Source: Balanoglossus misakiensis (taxonomy: Eukaryota > Animalia > Hemichordata). From it: 64,000 nucleotides of DNA. The notes beneath the pieces were generated by a model that saw nothing but the letters and a program-made list of their open reading frames with translations, searched no databases and was not told the DNA's origin. Positions 52,578 to 64,000 of the stretch are shown here, piece by piece (the stretch's first letter is position 1; each line of letters opens with the position of its first letter). The stretch is taken from assembly GCA_040954595.2 (NCBI GenBank), contig CM082584.2:3476110-3540109 (forward strand), in the 5' to 3' direction. The position numbers were made by a program, and so were the translations under genes.

Positions 52578-54704
52578 TTTGGGCATCGGATGTATCAACA
52601 ACAATGACCCCAGATATCAAGTCTACTGTCCCAATCTCATCGACTAGGGTGAAGACTAGTAGTTACAATACAACTACCGTTAGGTGTACCAGGAAGCGAC
52701 ACAAAAACCATTTACCTAACAACTGAAGAGATAATCGGTGAATATTCCTCAACTTCAAGGCAAAACGTCGACCCCACCGCTACAGCGTTTAACAATGGAG
52801 CAAGTTTAGTGGGCTCGAACACCAATCCTGAGATTTCAACCCAACCCACTTCAACCCACTTGGAAATAAGTCAACATATCATTTCTAAAGAAATTAACAC
52901 AACGTGGAGACCAAGTGTTAGTCCTTGATACAGTCCCCCCCCCCCACCCCCATGTGAATTTGCATAACAAGTTATTAATAGGTATCAATAACAACTATTC
53001 CGAGTCTAAAAACAAACTGGGTATCATTTTCGAAGCTATCAGAACAGACAGAGAAATGACCTTTTTGACACAGACATTAATGGGATATATGCATGGTTCT
53101 CCACTAAGATAAGGCTGCATTCACAAACACCTCTGGAGGGGGGGGCGGGAGAATTCAATTTTTTTTACCGCTAATTTTCACATGCCCCCCTTCCGAACTG
53201 CCAATATTTTCAAATCCCCCCCTTCCGAACTGCCAAAATTTTGAAATCCCCCCCATTTTCTTTCACAGAGCAAAACACATCACCTATCTATCTTGTAAAA
53301 AGAAAAACAGCGCTCCCATGAAAAGAATTTGAAACTGATGTTTCCCCTCATCAGTGGGTATTAAAACTGAACATTGTTTTTATTTTTTAAGTACATATAT
53401 TTGTATTCTGTGTTGGGAGACATTGTAAACCGAGAATTGAAGGGGTGGGTTTGGGAGGGGTGTCCCCCTCCCACGTAAGAAAATTTTCTAAAATACAGAG
53501 CTCAAAGCTGCATTTTAATGAACCCGGCAAAAGCAAATTAACTCAACTACCGGTATGTTGGGGAGGACAAATTTAACCGTCGCCGCTCAAAGTTATCATG
53601 GGGTGGGGCAAGTCCCCTGACCTGGGACACTAGATAAACCAGTCAATGATTGAAAGGTGTTGATGAATGGAGGGGGTGGGTGTGGGAGGGGGTGTCCCCC
53701 TCGCACATTAGAAAATTTTGTAAAATAAAGGGCGCGAAACTGCATTTTTGTGGACTCAAAATAAATATTTAGTCGTTAAAGTTTTCAAGTCCCCCCCCCT
53801 TTCAGTCCCTAAATTATTTCAAATCCCCCCTTACATACCCTCAATTTTTTCAAATCCCCCCCCCCTCAATTCTCCTGCCCCCCCCCCCTCCAGAGGTGTT
53901 TGTGAATGCAGCCTAACATCACTCCTTTCTGTATCTTTTGAAAAAAGGGCATTTGGCAGTTCTAGTTATTGTTCTCTTAGTTCAATCTTTAAAAAATATT
54001 GCAGATGGCAACGTGTCTACAGCAACAGGTCCATCATTAGCTATTTGCTGAAACCGCTTGTAAATGTTTCTCCCTCTCCTTTTTTGTATCTAGATACAAC
54101 ACACATGTAGAAATTCACGATGCAAGTCAGTTTTTTTGGAAATTTTGTTTGTCATTTTCACCTTAGATGGATGATGACAGTGACATAAATCGGTGCTGTC
54201 AAATAGCCAGGTCAACTAACTGGTAAGTTACTTTCTGTGTCAGGGATACCGTTGACAACACTTGCGCCGAATGAATGAATATGTTGACATAGAATCTCTT
54301 CTACACTCTACCCGAAAGAAAACGAGAAAACGTCATGCAAGCAAAGGAATTTGCCTCTTCAGAGAGAGGTAATACCACAGTACGAAGGGCACTATGACTT
54401 ACTCCAAGAACCAAATCGTAGTGGAGTTCTTAAACAGACATGCAATAGCGACAGTGACAGAAGTCCATCTTATGAGAGCGCACCCCTTTTGCCCTGTTGC
54501 TGGCAGGGTGGTGGCCTATATGGCGATTGCGTCACCCCAGGCCAGTCAAAGAAGAGAAAAGTCTCTAAAGATTCTACAACAGATACTGGTGATGTAAAGA
54601 TACACATTTATGAAAACCTACCGCTTATAGAAAACAGTCTTCTCTCGGACAGCCAACGTCGGTTTACAGGAAATAACCATACAGACGCACACGCTGTTGC
54701 ATGA
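52578..54704 (+). pseudogene. Decayed gene fragments: Ser/Thr-rich mucin-like exon and Tyr-motif-rich terminal exon
   Basis: After the acceptor at 52577: WASDVSTTMTPDIKSTVPISSTRVKTSSYNTTTV, a frameshift, then ...STSRQNVDPTATA...ISTQPTSTH. Small exon at 54167-54222. Terminal region with EYVDI (shifted frame), HYDLL, SYES and IYENL. No TM exon found. Confidence 0.4.
53113..53913. mobile_element. PIF/Harbinger-type MITE (TAA TSD)
   Basis: TAA|GGCTGCATTCACAAACACCTCTGGAGGGGGGG ... CCCCCCCTCCAGAGGTGTTTGTGAATGCAGCC|TAA; perfect TIR of more than 30 bp. Confidence 0.9.
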
Positions 54705-57656
54705 TGATGATATTTTTGGAGCTTTCAAAATTCTATACTGCAGTCTACTCATTCGTGGTTAAGATAAAAATCAGTCAAACTGGAGGAATGACTTTCTCAA
54801 ATTGGCCATGCTTTTGAGTATTTCATTCAGCGTTTTTTTCTGTGTTGATGTTCATAAAAGTGTGAGAACGACAAATACACTGTCGTCATCTTTCTCTCTG
54901 CGTGTGGATGTGTTTGTATTCGTTCAACTTTATTCGCCATTGTAGATAATTAATCAGACAAGAAATTTGTTTGTCAGTCTGATATCCCTCCCCATTCTGG
55001 CTTCATTTTGCAATGCCTATTGTTATTTCATTCTCCGTCTGTTTCCAAACACAATATTATCTTCATTGACCTCCCCGTTGTGTAAAGATGTTTACTTCAC
55101 CAACTATTCCAAGAAGCTGGGATAACGGGACAGTTTTATATCGTCTATCTTAATCAATAAACTTAAGATACACATGAACTAAAGATGGAAAAGTTAACAC
55201 TTTTAGTTCGCAAATACATGTCATTGACCATAAGTTGGTGGATTGAAAGCATCCTTACTTCTACAATGATAACATCAGTTAAATATAAACGATATAACGT
55301 ATTTACTCGGTGGGGGACATTTTGAGTCAACTATAACGCCGAAACTTAGTGAGGAAAGGCGGGCTTGAACGTTCCGAAATGAGTCAACACATTGGAATGT
55401 TCTTAGTTTCGATGCTGGGTGCATATCATGAGTTTGCTGTGCCCATCGATGATTTATTAGGTTGATAACCTCTGACATGCCCCTTTGAAATTTCTCTTTG
55501 GGGGAAAGGTTGAGTGGGAGTTATTTAAAGCTACTATACCATGAACACCTGTTGCAACAAGCAGGGCCCGTGACTAGACTTCATTCACATGTATTAAAAC
55601 AAAGCTTATCAACGTGAACATGTCTCGTTTTCCTTTTTATCATGATTCCTTATCACCAGAAAAAAATTGTAGACCAACAACACTTGAGGTGCATATTGTC
55701 CAATTTATTCAGCTGCTAGTCATATTGTCCTGCCCACTCGTGTTGCAAATTCATCACAAGTGTCTGCAATGAGATTCGAATATTATTGTTGAAACGAACA
55801 GCTCTAACTTTTACATAGCTTTTTCTCATACAAGAATAAATTACAGCCTGTGTGAAACAGTCCCATCGATTCGAAACCGAACCGAGTACGTGTTAAGACA
55901 TGCTTGTGCCATAAGTCTGACATGTGTATATCACGTGGGGCGTACTCGAGTGTGTTCCTGCGGGTTGATGTGACCGTGGGTTCAACGCAAAGTTACGGTG
56001 CTTGCTTTGTCTATATTCTTCAAGGCTCACAGAGCTAGCGCGGTTGGGATTGTCACATCTAAACCCTGTCTTTATGGACCTTAGGTTTAAAGTGGGAATT
56101 TTATTGGACAATTACACAACTGATCAAAGCGTATACAATGGCGTGGTATCACAGACATTGTCTGTATTGTCGACTTATTTGTCCTACCAGAAAAAAATGG
56201 ACTGGGTGACAGGTTGATCAAAGACCCCAGTGATTTGAGATAAGCTTGTGCTTACAATATGACACACGCTGACCACTGCTGGCAAAATTGACTGCAAATA
56301 AAACAGTGCCACAGGGTATCAGATTATCACTACAGCAGTGCAAATACAGAAAACCACCAGTCATGACACCAGTCGGCGTTTGTGCAGGGTCATAACCGGT
56401 AATATTTTGTAAACAGCAAACAGAAATATTGTGTTGAAAAAAATATATGGCACCGTTTATTTGCATTAGGGCTAGCTTGTTTACTGAGTTCATACCATGC
56501 CAATATTTCGGTTGCCTACTCGAGACCTCGAGGAAAACATTATACTCCCCATCGCTATACCAACGAAAACGCCAATTATGTCTCTTTTTTATTCCTGCCA
56601 ACTGATTTCCCAAAGACAAGATTATCCTGTTACCCATTTGCATGTAAATTGTACTCTACCCCTTTACATTTGGCGTTAGGTTTCAGCTTCTAAGCGGTAC
56701 GAGTTTACTTGTTACAAAGGAATCGGGGTTTGTGCATCAAAGCCAAGTTTTCGGCTTGATCACCGTTGCAATGTTTTTCTTGGTGGCGTCATTTCGTCGA
56801 CAGACAAACTTCAACTAGTTATTTATGTATTTACATATACAACGCGTCAATTTTATAATGTATCGGAATCTAAAATAAGACATGATACATGTAAGTTGGG
56901 GGAGTGGCTATATCCGTGTCAACACGGCCGCGTCCATTTTTAAATGACACAGACAACTTACAGCCTATCACCCGTGCGTTCCAGTTTATCATTGCAATTG
57001 AATGAGTCGAAGCATGTCGATACTAAACGATTTTAAGACAAACAAGTGTAACTCGCTTGGCTTACGTGGGTAAAAACCATTGCGTACATTTGCAGACTAT
57101 GGCATCTTCAGAAAAACAATAAATCACACGGAGGTTACCATACTGCCATTACTTTAATCTGCTGAGCGTAACTGGGAATACCCATGACCGTCCCAGTATT
57201 AGACGATACACCTTTACATTGCTGCTATTCTCGACAAACCTAGCACTGTCTCAGAGCTTTGAAGACAAGTGAAGCTGTGAACAATCTGGACAAATTGCCT
57301 TTGTACGGTAGGTCTTTACGGATCTTGTATATAAACCACATAATTGGCTTGTCAACGACGATCACAACACCCAAAACATTGTTTCGCCTTGAAAACGAGG
57401 TTGTAATTATAGCCACGTCTATCTGCGTTATGTAGATAACGACTGACAAAGCCAGCGAAAAGAGAGACTTACAGATGTGAACGCTGAATACTTGCACATA
57501 TAAGAAGAAACTCTATTGCAAGAAAACGCTTTGAGTCAATCGTGTGGTAGGGACCAAAATCAATTTATGAAAATACATTGGTAAGTAGATATATGGTTCC
57601 ATGTGAGTTTTTCGCGCCAGCGTTCACAACAGACATATGTACTATGTACCTGTTAA

Positions 57657-57989
57657 AGGGACACAGTCTCTCTCTCGCTGCCCTATTTCCATAAATTATG
57701 TTTGATACAAGATACTGTTTATGTTAATGTACATGTGGATATATAGTGATACAATGATCAACCACCCACTTGTATGATATGAGAGTAAAAACTTGCCCAA
57801 AATGAATAAATGGTAAAGAACGATTATTCATTTTGGCGGGTTTTTTCACTCTCCTGTCTATAAGAGGGATGGAAGTTGTGTATGGTTGAACGCTCATTCG
57901 CTATATATCCCCATGTAGAATAAGAAACAGTGTCTTGTATCAAATATAATTAACGGAAAAAAGGGCAGCGAGAGAGAGACTTTGTCCCT
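57657..57989. mobile_element. Full-length TTAA-TSD MITE (Kolobok-like AGG termini) with long imperfect TIRs
   Basis: TTAA|AGGGACACAGTCTCTCTCGCTGCCC ... GGGCAGCGAGAGAGAGACTTTGTCCCT|TTAA; inverted similarity extends ~100 bp. Confidence 0.85.
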
Positions 57990-59880
57990 TTAAGGATTGA
58001 TACAGTGGGTGACAGAAAGAAGGGCATAGATTACCAGACAGACAGGTAGAGACGAACAGATAGTCATGCACGTAAGAGTGTAATAAAAACCTCTCTGCAC
58101 TGCTAAATGTGCGTTACACATTTGAATTCAGTATGGCAGTCACAAAATAACACCTTGGACCGGAACTATTTTGTATGTTGGCATAGGTGAAAATAAAACA
58201 GCTTCACGTATGGCGTTACTTGCCCATTGGTGGACTGAAATAGGGGTTAGAGGTCAAGTAGCGTACCCCGTCTAGTCAGTGTGGAGAGTATTGTGCTTAG
58301 TATTCAGGACCGTGAACACGGTATAGTTTTCACGCGGACGGAAATTACTGTTTTCCATATCCTGTTGGATTATACCACATGTTGGATTGCGCTGGCATGT
58401 CTTGCCGTTACTGAGTGTGAGCTAACATCCTTTATTTGATGACAGTGTGTGTGTTACCAGGATAACTTGGTGGAAAGGGGGATCAAATCGACCAGTTCGA
58501 GATATAAGGTAGGCCTGCACACGTATTAATTCAGATCACCTAAACTGATCAGAAATAACTTCCCTATCTTGCTTGTCCTTGTGCATTCAAAACCCTTTTT
58601 AATAACGTTAACTTTTCATACATTCTCTGCGAACACCTCCAAGGTCTTAAAGTGGTCCACACGTTTTGTCGGCAATAACAACGGTTCGACTTGAACACAA
58701 AATGTGATAATCTATCGTACTTAGGCTTTCTTAACACGATTGCTCTTGTTGTTTGTCATCATAGGCATTGGATTATTATTTTATATATTCAAAGTTTAAA
58801 CAGAAAAGCATACATTTTGGACGCCATATCCAGAGTATTTATTTGAATGCACTAATCGGGACATTTAATACCACGCTGTTTTTTCGCGCCGTTTCAGTCA
58901 CATGAAAGTTGTACAATGGGGACCAAGTTAAATAGTTAATAATTTAAACTATATTGTTATCTTCTGTTATTCATTAAACGATCGACTGATAACTCTATGA
59001 GTATAACGTGCCAGCATGTCAAGGTTACTAAAATAAAACCAATGAAGTAGTAATTACAATCAGCAAAAACCCACATTGCGACAATAGAAGGTGCTTTGAG
59101 TCCCACTCTTGGTAATTTCATATTTGTCTATGGCTACATTCAAATCACAGTAATAGGCTGAATGATATAGTTAAGAGATCATGAAGCTTTATAAAAAAAA
59201 ATAAACACTAAGCTTTATACAAAAATATATACTAAGCTTTATAAAAAATAAATACAAATAATGTTGTACAAAAACCGTTAACACACTATTCATTCGTGAA
59301 AGCTCAAAAATTTTGCATTTTTTTTTCAATTTATAGTATACTAAAAACTACATTAATTATGCAGTTAAGCACACAACTATTCATTGACTAAAATTATGTT
59401 CAGATAAAGTCTTACTACAAGAAGAAATATGACGTTCCTGATAAAACCATTTTAGTTTTTACTTGAACATTTCCAACCTGCCTGTATGAACCAAGGGAAT
59501 TTTTTGGAAATGATCACTTCACCGTTTTTAACATTCTACTGGATGACAACACATGATAAACATTTGAGAGTGAATTAGATGTATATGTATTGTATTAAAA
59601 TCAAATAAAATTACAGTTTTTATTTTAATTAAGATACCTACTGGAAGCAAATGGTTCAATACTATGCACACAAACACGAATGGTTTGTTAATAATTTCAC
59701 TTGAACAACTACATTTGTATGCTTTGATTCAATTTGTTAATGCAATAAGAGACACTAAATACCACATAAGGTGAACCTCCTACTAAAACTCTGTTTAAGT
59801 TTACAATTTAAATTCTTTCCTACCTAATAGAACCAAAGGAAAATGGTCGGATAGATACACTTACATGAGTCCAGTATTTT

Positions 59881-60249
59881 ATTTCAGTTTGATGAATAAA
59901 CACTTGGCAGTCTGATTCTACCTATCGAAAAAACACAAGCATGGTTCGAAGAATGTGAAACAGGAATTAATAGCTGGCAGTGACTTGAGTGAATAAAGCC
60001 TCTAAAACAAGTTCAAACTATGTCATATTTTACTCTTAATTTTGCCACACAAGTACAGGCAGTGTAATATATTTCAGTTTGAATAAACACTTGGCAGTCT
60101 GATTCTATCTATCGAAAAAACACAAGCATGGTTTGAAGAATGTGAAACAGGAATTAATAGTTGGCAGACTGAGTGACTTGGAGTGAAAAAAGCAAGTTCA
60201 AACTATGTCATATTTTACTCTTAATTTTGCCACACAAGTGCTGGCAGTG
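59881..60249. repeat. ~190-bp direct tandem duplication
   Basis: ATTTCAGTTTGA..ATAAACACTTGGCAGTCTGATTCTA...GCCACACAAGT begins at 59881 and again at 60071. Confidence 0.9.
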
Positions 60250-60319
60250 GTGAGCACATCTGTACCACAAGCTTCACAGTTGAGTAGAGTCAGAAGGCAA
60301 TATCTCAGTCTTTATGGTT

Positions 60320-62799
60320 TTAAGACAAAGGGGTCCTCATTGTAGTCTGACAAGTCCCCCATATCTAAGCAAATTAACAATTCAATTGTTTTTCGTGTGA
60401 ATAATATGAAATGTCATGGCAAGGGAGAATAGTAATGCTTAATAATACCCTTTTTCTAATTGGTCAAATATGTTTAGTCCCCAGCCACACAGGAGACAGC
60501 GGAAAAAGATGGACTAAGGCCCATCTCTAAACACACCTTACTCCTGGTATCATTACAACTTCCTGTTCTCCTTCTTCTTCATGTTTATCTGTGAAACACA
60601 TCACAAAAGCAAATTCAAAATGCTGGAACACCATGCATGGATGTGTTGTGTAAATCAGTGTTGTTTTCTGTGTTCACTTTTGATTCTATTGTTATAGTAT
60701 TTGTTCGAGTTTCCATTATGTCCCCTATGATGTTCCTTATTAGAGTCTAAGCAAGTATGCTTGGGGTTGGACTGTCAATAAAACCTTCCCTAATGAGTAG
60801 TATGTGTCAGGGGGCTGTAACGTTGTTTACCCACAATTCTTGTTGCACAGATTTTCCAGATTTCGCCTTAAGTCTTTGCTTTATGGCAATGTCCGTACCT
60901 TTACAGCATGGAGGTTGAGAAGATCAAGCTATCATTGCCATAGTTTCTAGTACCCCTTCTAATATTGCTCCTGTAATGTCTCTTTTGATGTTCAATCTTT
61001 TAATTTAAACATTTAACTCGTCTTGTCAAATATAAATACCAGAAAACCAACAGCGCATTATTCAAAATAAGGCAAGATATCTTGTTGTGTATAATAATTC
61101 ACAAATAACATCAGCTATGTTACTAAACAGGCATTTGTCTCTCACCTTGATTGCGTGGAGTTGCAAGAGACTTCCTTCGAAAAGATGGCCCTTTTCTCAG
61201 CTTCTTAATAATTATCACCACGATGGGGGCGATGATGGCGATGATGGCGATTAGTATGCCGATGATTAAACCAACGATCGTTGCAGGTGTGCTAACTGTG
61301 GTATCACCATGATCTGGGTAAAACCAAACCACTAATGTAAACTCGATAAATAATATCATTGAATTTGATGCATCATCTGCGTTCCTCAGTAAACCATGCC
61401 TATCACCGAACCAGTGAGAAAATAGCGCTTATTAATTTACAAAATGACTGATCACTAGTGCTTAAGTGTTTATTAATCTCCCACAAACAGAGCATGCAGG
61501 GATACAAATAGACTAAAGTTGTCACAATATGTTAATGTAATAAAACAGTGGACCATGTAATACAAATGATAATTATCTGAACTTGTTCAGCCAATTAATT
61601 TCTGATAAATTGACCTATCAAGACCAGATTGCTTATTATAGGCCTATAGGCCATTGTGAACCATGAGTGTGGAAAGTTTGACATACCTGGGCGCCTGTTC
61701 AGACAGACTGTCATGGTGTCAAACTTGGTTCCTACTAATGGAGATGACTGAACAGCTTGGCACGTCAGATTGGTGATGTCCTTGTCATCACAGTTACTTA
61801 TATTGAAGGTTGAAATACTGTAATTGCTCATGCTGTCTGCGGTTCCATTACTATAGGTAGCCACTACTTCCCCTTCATCCTCAGTCACTGTCGTGTTCAA
61901 AATCCAATGAAACGTAGCTGCCGGTTTGCCCCTTTCGGCTACACATGTAAATGTGTAGTTCTGATCTTCCGATATCCTCACACTGACGACATTAACTAGC
62001 ATAAGAAGATTAAGTGGTCATGTTCTAACTCATCTGTTCCCCAACATTCTTGCGGTGATGAAGGTGATCACCACAACAATTATTTGGAAATGTTGACACT
62101 ATTTTTTTCTTACTGTAGGCACATAGAAAACAAAAATAGTATTTTTCCTGCACTTTTCGGCTTGAAGTTTGCATATTTTCACTGTTGTTATTTAATTAAA
62201 TATCTTTACATGATTATGCAAGCGTTCTAATATTTACAATTTCAGAATTAAATCAGATTTATCTTTCAAATAATTTGTTTTATTTTCGAAATGTTGCATG
62301 TCCAAGGAGGATACAATTTACAAAAATAATATTTGAATTAACCCAGTTCACGAAATATAATCCTATACCATTTGTACATTATTTTCTTTCTCTCTACTTT
62401 TGATTTGCTAACTATTCCTCTGATGTGTTATTGACAGTTTCTTTGCAATTCTAAAAGAGTCAATTGCACTCAGGCTGTTAAATCACTTACCCATAATCTC
62501 TAGATAAGTTTCCTTGTTTTGAGGAGTCACGTCTATTTGAGTGCACTGCCAAGTACCTTCGTGTTTGTCTACATCAATACTGTGAATCTGCAAGTTATAA
62601 TATCCGTCTTTCTCGTATAGCTGACAACAGTCATTGAATACTGAACTCCCTTCGGCAATATTATAAAATGCACCATCTATGGTAATGTAGTTCCATTGTG
62701 GAGGCGCTAACCCTGCACTGTTGAGCTTGCACTCCAACATGACGTTATCACCTTGTACGACTTGTCTATGACCAGATTGCACATACACATTTATCTGTC
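60320..62799 (-). CDS. Ig-superfamily type I membrane protein (V/I-like plus C2-like Ig, TM, short tail), 5' partial; exons 62799-62491, 61995-61687, 61313-61146, 60588-60542, 60364-~60320
   Basis: Ig1 VMLECK...PQWN...YNLQIHS...HEGTWQC. Ig2 FTCVAERGKPAATFHW...NLTCQAVQ. TM IVGLIIGILIAIIAIIAPIVVIII followed by KKLRK. Phase-1 domain exons. Signal-peptide exon not located and last exon tentative. Confidence 0.8.
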
Positions 62800-62984
62800 C
62801 TGCAAAATTAAACAAAAAACATGCCAGATGAATACGGCGCAGAAATTCTTATATGCCGAATAGAAGGTAACAATACGCATATATCATATTTGCCTTGTTT
62901 AAGCAAGCACTGACTAAATGAATGAATGAATGAATGAATGGGTTCCATTTTCACAAATTTCGTGTTCTTCAAGATATTCTTTAC

Positions 62985-63270
62985 AATCAATCACGTGATC
63001 TGGCAATGTGTCCCATGGCGCAGTCATTTCCAGATGACGGGCAAGCAATATTTCGGTATCCAGTAAAAGTTTTTCCGAGTATGTTTTTACTTTAGAACCG
63101 CTAAACACATAACATGCATCGGGTATGTTGCCTCATCAGCCTCATTGCATTTCGTCTGCACAGTCTTTGTCTGCACCACGTAAGTCCACGTTGCTGAAGT
63201 TGCCCGTCATCTGGAAATTTGAATGCGAACGTAACTGCCACCTGAACGCGTCTGACGTCATTTGATAGCG
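62985..63270 (+). repeat. Dispersed repeat also present at ~2350-2620, ~9926-10200 and (minus) ~16570-16842
   Basis: Shared ATCAATCACGTGATCTGGC...GACGGGCAAGCAATATTTCGG...GTCATCTGGAAATTTGAATGC. Confidence 0.8.
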
Positions 63271-64000
63271 AAGAATTAGAGAGGTTCGGCTACACGTTAT
63301 ACGTGAACGTGAACGCGCAACGTCACGAATTTCTGTTATGACGTCATCAAGTTTTGTGTAAAGTTTGACGTTCACGTAAAAGACTTCGCGTTTTTTACGT
63401 GGAGATAGGTGTTTTCACGTTAGTTGCAAACGTGAAAAGTTATTCTCATTTTGGGCAACAACAAATCATATTATCTACGAAATATGTGTATGCCTTGTTG
63501 TTAGCTTGATATCTCATTGTGACAAACGAAAACGCATTTATTTCTTATTAGTCATTTTATGTGACATTTTGTCATCAATTTGTATTGTCGCCCGACGGTT
63601 TAATCCGTAGTGCAGGCAACTCGGTAGGCAACTCGACGCGCAACCCGAGTTGCTCGGTGAGTTGCCTCGTGTGTATGATGTAGTCGCGTCGCTGGAACGC
63701 GTCTGGCGACGTCGCCTCGAGATCCGTCATGTCGGATTTTCGGGCGACGAGTTGCCTGACGCGCAAGCGGTTGCCCCGCGTTACCACTTTGCCTCGAATA
63801 AATTTTTGACATCTGCACATGCGAAAATGGTTTTTATTTGTTATTTTCTGAACCAGGAACTACATACTGTAGACCTGTAGACTTCCGAAAATATTGGTAA
63901 ATAAGTATTTGCTATGAAATCGGATATTTGTATGTATTTATAGTTTAATATTTGCATATAAACTCAAGTTTTGTTAAAGAAACTTTCAACTAGTTTATCT

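Noticed and set aside
55500-57600. Possible gene or TE internal region (ORFs up to 141 aa)
   Set aside because: No recognisable motifs, termini or consistent exon chain.
63575-63880. GC-richer overlapping ORFs near the window end
   Set aside because: Composed of short internal GCAACTCG/CGAGTTGC repeats typical of a non-coding repeat; boundaries could not be defined.

Overview
AT-rich, intron-containing animal genomic DNA. An invertebrate deuterostome such as a hemichordate or cephalochordate is my inference from gene content and repeat style; it is not proven. No prokaryotic, rRNA, tRNA or CRISPR features were seen. All gene models were built by hand from splice sites and reading phase. From left to right: (1) 1-21 kb holds a GT29 ST8Sia-like sialyltransferase cluster. 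One intact 4-exon gene lies on the minus strand and two frameshifted partial copies lie in a tandem array on the plus strand. All three carry Asn in place of the sialylmotif-VS catalytic His. (2) A MITE-disrupted pentraxin. (3) An intact 7-exon secreted M28 metallopeptidase with a GC-AG intron. (4) A 4-kb foldback element with 1.6-1.9 kb inverted arms, internal tandem arrays and a 5-bp target-site duplication (TSD). (5) The main finding: an intact 20-exon, ~783-aa single-pass membrane protein with a tiny ectodomain and two tandem tyrosine-kinase-fold domains, both lacking the catalytic Asp and the DFG motif. (6) A decayed mucin/Tyr-motif gene and a two-Ig-domain transmembrane receptor with no kinase. 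LINE fragments, TTAA-, TWA- and TA-targeted MITEs, palindromes and microsatellites are scattered throughout.
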